Position numbers and translations under genes: made by a program | Source: the human T2T-CHM13v2.0 reference genome, Homo sapiens | Strand: one strand, 5' to 3' | Assembly: GCF_009914755.1 (NCBI RefSeq) | Contig: NC_060947.1 | Length of the DNA stretch: 64,000 bases | Notes under the pieces: model-generated | What the model was told of the DNA's origin: nothing | Database searches by the model: none | The model's input: the letters and a program-made list of their open reading frames with translations, nothing else | Part shown: positions 11,926-27,755 of the stretch, piece by piece | How the letters are laid out: each line of letters opens with the position of its first letter | How positions within the stretch are numbered: the first letter of the stretch is position 1

Positions 11926-14700
11926 AGTTGATTTTTGTGTGTGGTGTGACACAAGCTACTAATTTCATTCTTCTGCATGTGTGGATGTTCACATTCCTAA
12001 ACAACATTTATTGAGGGGACTGCTCATTTTTCATTTTGTGTTCTTCACATCTTTGTTGAAAATCAGTTAACCATAAATGTATGGATTTACTTATTGGTTT
12101 TATATCCTTTTCCATTTGTCTCCGTGTCTGTTTTTATGCCAGTACCATGTTGTTTCGATTACTGTATTTTCGTCGTAGATTTTGAAATCAGGTAGTATGA
12201 TTTCACCAGCTTTGTTCTTTCACTCAAGATTGCTTTGGCTATTTAGGGTTCTTCTTGGTTCCACGCAAAGTTTAGAATTTTTTTTTCTGTTTCTGTTTAC
12301 AAATAATGAAATTTTGATCAGAATAGCATTGAATATGGAGGTGACCTTAAGTTTTATGAACATTTTAATATTAATTCTTCCAATCCATAAACACAGAATA
12401 ATTTTTCCAATTATTTTTTACTTCTTCAACTTTTTATTAATGTTTTATGGTTTTCAGTGTTAAATTTATTTCTAAGTATTATATTTTTTGTGTTAGTGAT
12501 TTTAATGGAATTATTATAAAGTTCATTTTTGGTACATAGAAACACTACTGATTTTTGTGTGGTGATTTTGTATTTGGTATTTTGTATTCTTATTTTGGAT
12601 TATGTTGTCAACAAACAGCAACTATTTAACTTCTTTTTTTCCTATATGGATACATTTTATTTCTCTCTGTTGCTGATAACTCTGGCAAGGACTTCCAATA
12701 CTGTGTTGAATTTAAGTGGTGAGAGTTGGCATCCCTGTGTTGTTCTGGATCTTAGATAAAAGGGTTTTAATTTCTCAACATTGAGTATAATGTTGTTGCC
12801 TTATCATATACAGTTATTATTGTGTTGAGTGATGGGGTGATCAGACCCAACCCAGGACATGGGGGGCCCCCACATCCCCCGACAGGCCCTGGTGTGTGAT
12901 GTTCCCCTCCCTGTGTCCATGTGTTCTCATTGTTCAACTCCCACTTATGAGTGAGAACATGTGGTGTTTGGTTTTCTGATCCTGTGTTAGTTTGCTGAGA
13001 ATGATGGTTTCCAGCTTCATCCATGTTCCTGCAAAGGACATTAACTCATTCTTTTTCATGGCTGCATAGTATTCCATGGTATATATGTGCCACATTTTCA
13101 TTATCCAGTCTACCATTGAGGTGCATTTGGGTTGGTTTCAAGTCTTTGCTATTGTAAATAGTGCTGCAGTAAACACATGTGTGCATGTGTCTTTATAGTA
13201 GAATGATTTATTATCCCTTGGGTATATACCCAGTAATGGGATTGCTGGGTCAAATGGTATTTCTAGTTCTAGATCCTGGAGGAATTGCCACACTGTCTTC
13301 CACAATGGTTGAACTAATTTACACTCCCACCAACAGTGTAAAAGTGTTCCCATTTCTTCTATTCCTCTCCAGCATCTGTTGTTTCCTGACTTTTTAATGA
13401 TTGCCATTTTAACTAGCATGAGATGGTATCTCATTGTGGTTTTGATTTGCATTTCTCTAATGACCAGTGATGATGAGCTTTTCTTCATATGTTTCTTGGC
13501 CGCATAGATGTTGTCTTTTGAGAAGGGTCTCTTCATATACTTTGCCCACTTTTTGATAAGGTTGTTTGTTTTTTTCTTGTAAATTTGTTTAAGTTCCCTG
13601 TAGATTCTGGATATTAGACCTTTGTCAGATGGATAGATTGCAAAAATATTCTCCCATTCTGTAGGTTGCCTGTTCACTCTGATGATAGTTTCTTTTGCTG
13701 TGCAGAAGCTCTCTAAGTTAATTAGATTTCATTTGTCAATTTTGGCTTTGGTTGTAATTGCTTTTGGTGTTTTAGTCATGAAGTCTTTGCCCATGCCTAT
13801 GTCCTAAATGGTACTGCCTAGGTTTTCTTCTAGGGTTTTTATGGTTTCAGGTTTTGCATTTAAGTCTTTAATCCATCTTGAGTTTCTTCTTTTTTTCTAT
13901 TCCATTGAGGCATAATGTTAGGTTGTTTATTTGAGACCTTTCTTTTTTCATGTGAGCATTTATTATAATACACTTTTCTCTTAGAATTGTTGTTGCTGCA
14001 TTCCATAAGTTTGGTATAATATGTTTTCATTTTTGTCTCAAGATGTTTTTCAATTTCCTTTTAATTTTTTTTATTGACTCCTTGGTTGCCCATGAACATA
14101 TTTAATTTCCATGTATTTGTGAATTTTTAAAAATTTCTTCTGTTATTGATTTCTGGTTTTACACCATTGTCATCTGAAAAGTTACTTCGTATGATTTAAG
14201 TTTTCTTAAAATTGCTATGACTCCTCTTGTGGCTTAACCTATGGTCTATCCTGGAGAATGTTTCATGGGTACTTGAGAAGAGTGTGTATTCTAGTCCTGC
14301 TTGATGGACTATTCTCTGTATGTCTTTTGTTTCCATTTGATCAAAACTGTTGTTTGAGTCTTCTGTTTTGTATTAATTTTCTGTTTGAATATCTGATAAT
14401 TATAGAAAGTAGGGTATTTAAGTACCCTACTCTTATTGTATTGCAATCTATCTCTTCAGATTCTTTAGTATTAATATTTAGGTGCTCCAGTATTGGGTAC
14501 ATGTAAATTTGCAATTTTGTATATATTCTTTTAACAAATTGATCTTTTTGTTATTATGTAATGTTTCTGTGTCTCTTTTTGCAGTTGTTTATACATAAAG
14601 TTTATTTTATCTTATATAAATATTTCTACCCCAAATCTCTTTTGGTTTTCATTGCATGGAATACCTTTTTCTATTCTTTGACTTTCACTCTACATGCATC
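11926..14700 (-). mobile_element. Old L1M ORF2 fragments (11926-12830 and 13885-14700)
   Basis: Degenerate antisense ORF2 (CCAGTACCATGTTGTTTCGATTACTG; GGCAAGGACTTCCAATACTGTG; endonuclease region near 14250-14650). Confidence 0.75.
12866..13885 (-). mobile_element. L1PA 3' fragment lacking the terminal 3'UTR and poly-A
   Basis: 179-aa ORF2 C-terminal peptide (13138-13677, [14 protein letters not shown]); 3'UTR stops at the G-rich stretch. Confidence 0.9.
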
Positions 14701-16860
14701 CTAATATCCAGAATAATAGAAAAATGCCCACTTTTGCCACTTCCACTCAACATAGTATTGAAAGTACTTGTCAGAGAAATAAGGCTAGAGAGGAGATAAA
14801 AGGCATCTAAATGAGAAAGAAAGATGTAAAACTATTGCTAACTGCAGATGTCATGATCTTATGTGGAAAAAATTCTAAATATTTCACTAAAAAGCTAAAA
14901 CTGGTAAACAAATTTAGTAAAGTTTCAGGCTACAAAATCAAGAAACAAAAATCAATAGATTTTCTTTACATTAACCATGAACTATCTGAAAAATAAATCG
15001 AGATAAATTCCATTTACAATAACTATTCCAAAAAATAAATTAATGAATTACTTAGGAGTAAATTTAACCAAAGCAAATGATCTATATAATGAAAACTATA
15101 AAAACATTTATGAAAGAAATTGAAAAAAATAAGTAAATAAAAAGTTAGCCCATGTTTATGGATTTGAAGAATTATTTTTTCAAATGTTTATACCACTCAA
15201 AGTGATCTACAAATTCAGCACTATTCCAATGTCATTTTTCTTAAAAATATAAAAAAATCCTAAAATATCCAATTTTTAAGACAATTATGAGCAAAAGAAT
15301 CGAACTGATTTCAAACTATCCTACAACATGCTAGTAATTCAAACAGCATGGAACTGGAATAAAAATAGATGCATCAAAAAATTGAACAGACTATACAGCC
15401 CAGAAATAAATAAATAAACACACACATATATGGTCTATTGACTTTCAACAAAGGTTTCGAGTATGTACAATGAGAAAAGGACAATCTCTTCAATAAATGG
15501 TGTTGGGGAAACCAAATATCCATATACAAAACAATAAAATTTGACCCTTGTCTGACACATTATAAAAAATTAACTCAAAATAAAGACTTAAACATGAGAC
15601 CTGAAACTACAAAACCCATTAGAAGAAAGCATAGGGGCCTGAGCAATGTTATTTAATACTTGATTCCAAAAGCAAAAATAGACATATGGGATTACATTGA
15701 AATAAAAAGTTTCTGTGCAACAAAGGAAACAAATGGTACAGTGAAGAGACAACCTACTCATATGGAGAAAATATTTGAAAGCCATATATTTGATAAGCAG
15801 TTAATGACCAAAATCTATAAAGAACCCAATGAACTCCGTAGAAAGAAAACAAACAATTCAATTAAGAAATTGGCCAAAAACATGGATGAGACTGGAGGTC
15901 ATTACTGTTGAGTGAAATAAGCCAAGCACAGAAAGACAAATCCTGCATGTTCTCACTTATACATGGAAGATAAAAAGGTGGAACTCATGAAGATAGAGAG
16001 CAGATAAGGGGTGACCACAGGCCAGGAATAGTATAGGGTAGGGACGATAAAGAGAAGTTGATTAATAGGTACAAATATATGCTTGGATAGAAAAAAAAAA
16101 GACCTAGTGTTAGATAGATTGTCAGCATGACCATAGTTTTCAATAATCTAGTGTATTACTCTAAAATAGCTAGAAGAAAGAATTTGAATGGTTCTAACAT
16201 AAAGAAAACACAACTTTTTTAGAGTGATAGATATACCAAGCACACTGATTACATCTTTACAAATTATATGAATGTATTAAATAATCACATTAACTTCAAA
16301 TAATAAAATAAAATTTAACTCAATTTTTAAAAAGAAATGGGCTAGAAACCTGACTTTTAATAGAAGACATACAGATGGCCCACAGATATATGAAAAAGCC
16401 CTCACAATCACTAATCATTAAGGACATGCAAATTAAAACAACAGTGATATATCACCTCACTTCTCTTACAATGGCTATTATCAAAAAGACAAAGATTAAG
16501 TTTTGGCAGGGATGGAGAGAAAAGGGAAACCTTGTACATTGTTGGGAGAAATATAAATTAGTACAGTCATTATGAAAAACAGTGTGGAGACTCCTCAAGA
16601 AGCTAAAAATAAAATTACTATATGATCCAGCAATCCCACTTCTAGGAATTTACCCAAAAGATTTAAAATCAGTATTTCAAAGATGTCATTGCAGCACTGT
16701 TCACAATAGCCAAGTTATGGAATCAACCTGTGTCCATCAACACATGAATGGATGAAGAAAATGTGATATATATAGATATATACAAATATACATAGATCTA
16801 TATCTGTATCTACATATCGATATATAGATATACATACAGTGTAATACTGTTTAGCTTTTT

Positions 16861-20819
<3,959 letters not shown>

Positions 20820-21075
20820 CTATTCAGCTTTTTAAAAGGAATAATTTTTTTTTATTTTCAACAAGGATGAAATTGGAGAGCATTGAGATAAGTGAAATAA
20901 GCCAAATGCAGGAAGACAAATGTTGTATATTCTCATTTATACATGGAATCTAAAATGATTTAACTTATAGAAGCAGAGAGTAGAATGCTGGTTACCAGAG
21001 GCTAGAGGTAGACAGAATGGAAAGATAGTAGTCTAAGGGTACAAAGCCTGTGAGACAGGAAAAATAAGTTTAATG

Positions 21076-21076
21076 T

Positions 21077-21120
<44 letters not shown>

Positions 21121-24100
21121 TAAAGTGAAAGCAAGTTTATTAGGAAAGTAAAGGAATAAAAGAATGGCTACTCTATAAGCAGAGCAGTGGCTTGAGCTGT
21201 TCAACTGAAGATATTTATTATTACTTCTTGATTATATGCTAAGCAAGGGGTGTATTATTCATGAGTTTTCTGGGAAACGGGTGAGCAATCCCCAAAACTG
21301 AGTGTTTCTTCCATTTTTAGAACATATAGGGTAACTTCCTGATGTTGCCACGGCATTTGTAAACTGTTACAGCATTGGTGGAAGTGTCTTTTTGCATGCT
21401 AATGCATTATCATTAGTGTATAATGAGCAGTAAGGATGACCAGAGGTCACTCTTGTTGCCGTCTTAATTTTGGTGGGTTTTAGCTGGCTTCTTTGCTGTA
21501 GCCTGTTTTATCAGCAAGGTCTTTATGACCTGTATCTTATGCCAACCTTCTATCTCATCCTGTGACTAAGAATGCCTTATCCTGGGAATGCAGCCCAGTA
21601 GGTCTCAGCCTTATTTTACCCAGCCCCTATTCAAGATGGAGTTGCTCTGGTTCGAATACCTCTTACATATTTCTCCCCTCCCTTTTATAAGAGAACCCTT
21701 AATCTTAAGGGTTGTAGAGGGATGAAAATTTGTCTTCTGTAACTTCTTCAGGCTGAACAGGGGCAATAATATTCCTCCCTAATTATTAAGGTCTCTCATA
21801 TTTGGGATAGAGAGGAGCTCAGTCAGAAAGCATCGGTATGTCCAGGGGCATGCTTAACTCTGAGTTCCAATAAAAGGTGATATCTGGAAGATTAATAAAT
21901 GTTCAATTTAAGAAAACATTCAGTAAGCTTATCTTGTGTTCCTACACAAAGAGTGCAACTGCACTATATTCTACAACAATAAAGCAAAATAAGCAAAATC
22001 ATCCAAAGTAAACTAAATAAGAAGACATTCCATGAACTGTGCAACTGTTGGAACCAAGCTGATATGGGGTTGCTAGATGAGTCCAGTATGTGTTTAGAAT
22101 TAGAATACTGATACTGATCCGGATTTTTATATTACCTATCCCTCTTGTTTCTTCTGGGATGCAGCCAGAGATGACTGGTTGGTTCACAGAAATAAGCAAT
22201 CAGTCTAAATTGCAGAAAAAAGAAACTCAAAAACAACTGATGAGATTAGAATCTAATAACAGGTTTTTGAAACCTGTTATTAGATAACAGATAACATAAT
22301 ATCTGTTATTAGATAACATAGTATCTGTTATTAGATAACATAGTTTTTGAAACATAGTTTTTCTCTCTCCAGTCTCCCATTTGTACTAAAGATAAATCAT
22401 GGTAAGACCAATTTGGCTTATGATACTTGGCCTGTTTATTTGTATAAGTGCAGCAAGAATAATTATTTGTCACATAAGCTCTTTTTAAATTGTCTTTAAT
22501 GGAACTCTGTTCCATAAGGAATCTCAGATATGACTTTTTTTAAAAAGCTGAACCCAGCCATGGTTTTGTGCCATCAAATGCCTGTGAGTTGGGTAAATTC
22601 TTCTCCTCCTGAGGTCCTAATATAAACTTGGGGCTCCTGGGCCTGTCAGAAAGTGACAATCTTTACTTACTACAGGTAAGGAACTATGCACAGGTACTGT
22701 GTAGACAAGGTAGGGGGCCAGTTTTACCAAGGGGCTTTTATTGGCTCTATAAGTCAAGTATAATTTCTTAAAGAAAAGCACACCATTCCAGTCAAAGCTT
22801 GGTAAAATAACCAGTTTCTCCAACTGTGTCCTGTTGCAAAGGAAAATAGATTCTTATTGTACTTATGCAAATAACTATGTTGCCATAAGTTAAGTATAAT
22901 CACAACTAGTTTCCAAATTCTGGAGAAATCAGGTAGAGAGAAAAAAATCCTCCAAATTTTGTTCACAGCAGTATAGTTTACTCAATTGTTAAAAGCTGTA
23001 TATAGCTCTCCAAAAAAAGTTTTCTTGACTGAAAAACAAAACAAAGGATCAGCAATGTTTTAAGCAAAAAGCCAAAAAGATTAATTCAGTCTTCTATTAG
23101 TTCAGTCCATGCAGTTATCACCTGTCCTGCTTGATATTCATGAACATTTTGGCTCTCCATCAGAGTCCTGTAAGTTTTTTTCCTCTATTCTAATGTCACA
23201 ATTTCCAAAGTTATCAGAAACCTGCATTTAAAAACACCTGTTAGAGTTCTATAGTTGATTATGAAACAACCTTCTAAAGAGGACCAAAACAAGTCAATTG
23301 TCTGTGTATGACAAAAAGTCTTAGGACAGCCACTATTAAAACCACAATTGATAAGGAAACTTTGGTTCCTTCTGTAGCATACAACAATTTTACACAACAA
23401 TTATAACTATTAATAACATACAGTAAGTCATATCAGAATTATAGGAGTTTCTCACAAATTAGGAACACATACCAATATCATATTTACACAAATACAGTCC
23501 AAAGAAAGCCAAAAACCATTTCATTTTTGACAATGTTTCCTGTATGATTTTTATACCAAAAAAGGCATACTTCACCATTGCATTAGTGTACTATTGATGT
23601 CAAACCTAATTCTTAATAAAACCTTATAGACAAATGTATCCGATCTTAATCAGTATGACTGTAGTTAAGATTCTTATAAACTTTTATAACCCTTTACAAT
23701 TTTTTATTAAAGATCAGGTCATTGCTCTCAGGAAACCCCGTTGTGCTTTTATTCCAATGTTCAATTTATGAAAAAACTGAATAATACTCCTTTAACTTTA
23801 GCTAATATGTTCACATGCAGAGTTTCTTTTACAAGATTAATTTTTCACAACCTTTCACTTGCTGAAACCTTCAGCTTTTTCCTCTCTAACTTAAAACAAT
23901 CCTTTAACCCTTTAATATAGGCAGAAAAATCTACATTCCCATACCTTCTTATAATCTTTTACCAAAAACACATTTCACTTTCCTTGCACATCTTGCATGT
24001 AAAATTGTTTTTATTTTTCAAAGATTACTTAAGTCATGTAAACTAAAGAGCATTACATTTTTTGCTTTTCTGAAAAAAATATTTTTAAGCCAATTAATTG

Positions 24101-26947
24101 GAGCACCTTTATATATAAACATCACACACACAACACATATAAATGCAGAGAGAGACAGAAGAAGATCCAGTAGTTATAAGATTTTTCATTTGCCAATTTT
24201 TAATTGGATTACTGGCTTCAGGGTGGGGCTCTTGGAGGAAAAGTGCCAGTTTCTCTGACCTAATAAGCAGGCACAACTGGAAGGCAAAAACAGATCCCCC
24301 AAAATTAAGGGTCCCATTTTTATATCAAATCTTAGATCTCCAAAAAGAGAAATGCTATGAAACAAGACAAGGCAATGATTTTACCATGCATTTCATTACA
24401 AAGCAACCCAATCAGCCCATTCTGTAATTGCCCCATCCCCCATGGGAGTCTTATCTCTCAGTGGCAGTGTGGGGACACTTCCGTATCTTCCAGGTGGCTA
24501 AGAGCATGCTTCTCTGATCCGAACGTGCAGAGAGTGGAGTATTCCCTCATAACTGCCATAAGCTATCCCCAAAAGTATATTTCCTACCTAGTTATTATAC
24601 ATGAAAGCACTCTCATAATATGAAGTAATTTCTGATACCCCCAAAGTATTATACATCAGATAATGCAATGCAAACTAGAACAAAGCCTTAGATTTTGAGA
24701 AGGAGCTATCCACTTCTAATTCCCAGGGTTTCATAAGGAAGACAGAGGATTTTTTCAAAATGGGGTCTGTGGCACCTCCTCTTTTTTTCTGAAGGAGTCC
24801 CAGGCTGTTAGAGCTCGTATATCCACTTTTAATTAAGCTGACTTTTAACCATAGTGCTTAAAAAAGAAGGTCCTTTTAAATCTATTACCCAACTTTAGCC
24901 AGGCCAAACAGCCAATATTTCTGGCTTTTTAGCTTTACCAAAGTTAACCTCTCAAGTGAAACCAATAAGCCTTTACTAAGGTTATAACTTAACCACGAGT
25001 GTACAAGGTATTTTCAAAGAGGTGGTAAGAGTTTTTACAAAATCTAGACTCCTCAAAGGTAGCTCAGAGAAGGGAAAATTCAAGACGGTTCTTGGAGGGG
25101 AATAGAATCAACAAATTGTAAAGGTCATACAGATATCAAATGAGAAACGACTCATTCCCTAAGCTGAGAAAAGAACCCGGGTACCATTGTAAAATGGCAA
25201 AGCCTTAACTGCCAGACTACAGCATTGGGCAGCTTTCATTGCTCTTCCGAGAGAGAGCCTAGAGCAGGCCAATTTTGAGCTTGCAAAGGCTTTTAACTGC
25301 TCGAGATAGTTTTTAGGGCTAATTACGACATGAACCCCAAAATTCCTGTTCCCTGGATGGCAGAGACCAAGGGAAAGTACCACGAAATCATTTCAAGGTC
25401 AAGCTCCCAAGGACATGAAAAAAGATGAGAAGGAAACTTCATCCAGGTTTTTTGTTTGTTTATTTTTGTTTTTGTTTTTGTTTTCAGGGAAGTGTAGCAT
25501 AGTTTGTAACTGACCAGTTTGCTAGGCCATCTTGAACAGCAGGCTTACAGGGGTCCTAGGCCCATGTTCTATCCTAAGGGACCCCTCTTTCTGACAGAAA
25601 GATACAGAAAGAAAAATTCATACCACAAAGTACAACATATTCACTACAGCTTAAGACTAGCCTCTTGAATCCTTTTTCTTATTAATTAAAACTGTACAGA
25701 GGAGATAAACAGTGATTTTTATCATTCCTTTAACCAGTTTGCACAAACAAAGAAGCTGGAAACCTGACTGATAAGAAATTCATACCCTTTTGCTGGCTTG
25801 CCAGGCTTCTGGGTTTTCCTTCCCTGAGCGACCCTGGCAACCCAGCCCGCTACACCATTGCCCTGGGGGCCAAGCCACAACACAAAGGAAAATCATGGAA
25901 CCAAAAGCAAAACTCTCAGTTTTGCAAGTTGTCCCCCAGTGGACTGCCTGGGGAAGCTAGATTAACATTTTCCACTCCAGCCAGAGCAAAATACATGTGG
26001 CAAAACAGATATTAGCCACTCTGCTTAGCACCAATTATCGAACTGGCAAGACTTAAATTTGCCCCAGGTTGTGTCCTGTCATCTTTAATTTATTCGAAGT
26101 GGATTGAAGGAGTTTCAACATGTGTTCTCTGGGCAAGATGGTCACCCTGAGTAACAGAAAATATACAAAAGAGAAAGGAGAGGAAGGGAGAGAAGCATTG
26201 TCTGTGACAGAGTGGGAAAGGCAAGGAGCTCAGGGAGGCCAGAGAAAGGCCCACGTATTGCAGCAACACTGAATCAAAAGTCCAGGTTTGTCAGTAGCAA
26301 AGAGACCTCTTCCACCAGTTCCATTAGCTCTCAAGTTTCCCCCTTTGGGAAGAAGCAAAGCTCCCATGTCCCATGACCCTGTACATGCCAAATCCTGTCA
26401 TCCACAGACATCAGCAAAGACTGCAAGGCAAATTAATCCAAAAAGAATAGGAGTTAACATCTCATACTGCCAAACCCACTCTTAGCCAAAAGGGACTTTA
26501 CTGAGAAGGGGGGCCTCCACCCCACTAAATATTTGGAAGGACTATAATGTTCCTAAGTTGAGCCCTGAACCCAAGTTCGGTCAAGCATTTTTGCCTTTTA
26601 TTAAGAGGGGTCTTTAACTCTCTCTCTGTCTTAGAAGAGACTCCAACTCCTCTAAGTTGAACCTCTAACCCAATCCCATTCTTTACCCAGGTACCCCACC
26701 ACTTACCCAAAGTCAGCCAATTGGTGCTGCAGTCTATTTCCTTTCAGCCAAGGGTCTCCTCAGTATCGTCCCTTTGGGGTTCATCAGAAAGATGTTACCA
26801 GAATGGAGTCCCAATCTAGACCCCATGAGAGAGTTCTTGGATTTTGTGCAAGAAAGAATTTTAGGTGAATCCATACAGTAAAGTGAAAGCAAGTTTATTA
26901 AGAAAGTAAAGGAATAAAAGAATGGCTACTCCATAGACAGAATAGCC
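21076..26947 (-). mobile_element. MER41-family ERV1 in RNA (processed) form: R-U5-internal-U3-R-polyA
   Basis: U3-R 21667-21116 starting TGTAAGAGGTATTCGAACCAGAGCAACTCCATCTTGAATAGGGGCTGGG; polypurine tract just upstream; R-U5 26947-26793 ending GGTAACA followed by a PBS-like segment; (TAAA)n tail 21076-21115; no long ORFs in the interior. Confidence 0.85.
21268..21276. promoter_or_regulatory. GAS/STAT1-type motif in MER41 U3
   Basis: TTCTGGGAA fits TTCnnnGAA, at the position where MER41B is known to carry STAT1 sites; function not shown. Confidence 0.5.
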
Positions 26948-27439
26948 TGACTTTTTTAAGGCCTATTGTACAATGTGGTAGATATAGCTAATAATCGAGT
27001 ACTACACATTTCAAAATCACTGAAAGTAACTTCAAATGTTTCCATTACTAAAATTGTTAGCGATTTGAGGTGATGGGCATGTTCATTCACTTGACTTAAT
27101 TATTCCACGTTATATTTAAAAATCACAACATCACTTTCTATTCCACAAGTAGATACAATTATTGTTTTTCAATATATAATTTAAAATTAACTAGAAGGGT
27201 ATTGATAGCGTGCATAATTCTCCAGTACAAAAGTGATTCTAAAGTTGGAGAAACAGATAAAAGATCTTTTTGAAAATTAATCAGAAACCATTTCTTACAT
27301 AATTTGAAAATATCTATTAAGTTCCTTCTGGATACATAGTAATGTTCTAGCTTTCTGCCACCAGCTCACATTCTCTGTCTTCACAACAATCCTTAGTACT
27401 CACAAGGGGATATTTGGCATTCAAAAATGTTTTGGGTGT

Positions 27440-27755
27440 CATTACTTGTGAGATGGGTCTTTTAAAGACAGCAGATGAATCAGTCTTGTTTTTTATCTGA
27501 CTTACCACTTTGTACCTTTTACGTGGGATATTTACACCATTTACACATTCAAGGTTAATATTGATATGTGAGGTTTTGATCCTATCCTGAAGTTGCTAGC
27601 TGATTGCTTTATAGTTTCTATTGTATTGTTGCTCTAATAGAGTCTTTGGACTGTGTAGTTAAGTGTTATTTTTTTTCTTGTAGCAGGTATTATTCTTTCA
27701 TTTTCATGTTTAGAACTCCCATAAGGCTCTCTCATAAGGGTCGGCTAGCAGTAAT
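27440..27755 (-). mobile_element. L1 fragment (ORF1 end to ORF2 start)
   Basis: GTGAGATGGGTCTTTTAAAGACAGCAG...TTCAAGGTTAATATTGATATGTG. Confidence 0.75.

Noticed and set aside
11926-15600. Head-to-head L1M segments meeting near 14700 as one inverted element
   Set aside because: Both sides cover the same ORF2 region, so they are more likely two separate insertions
22274-22345. Three copies of a ~22-nt unit (TCTGTTATTAGATAACATA) that look array-like
   Set aside because: No unique spacers and no cas genes; a local slippage duplication inside the MER41 interior
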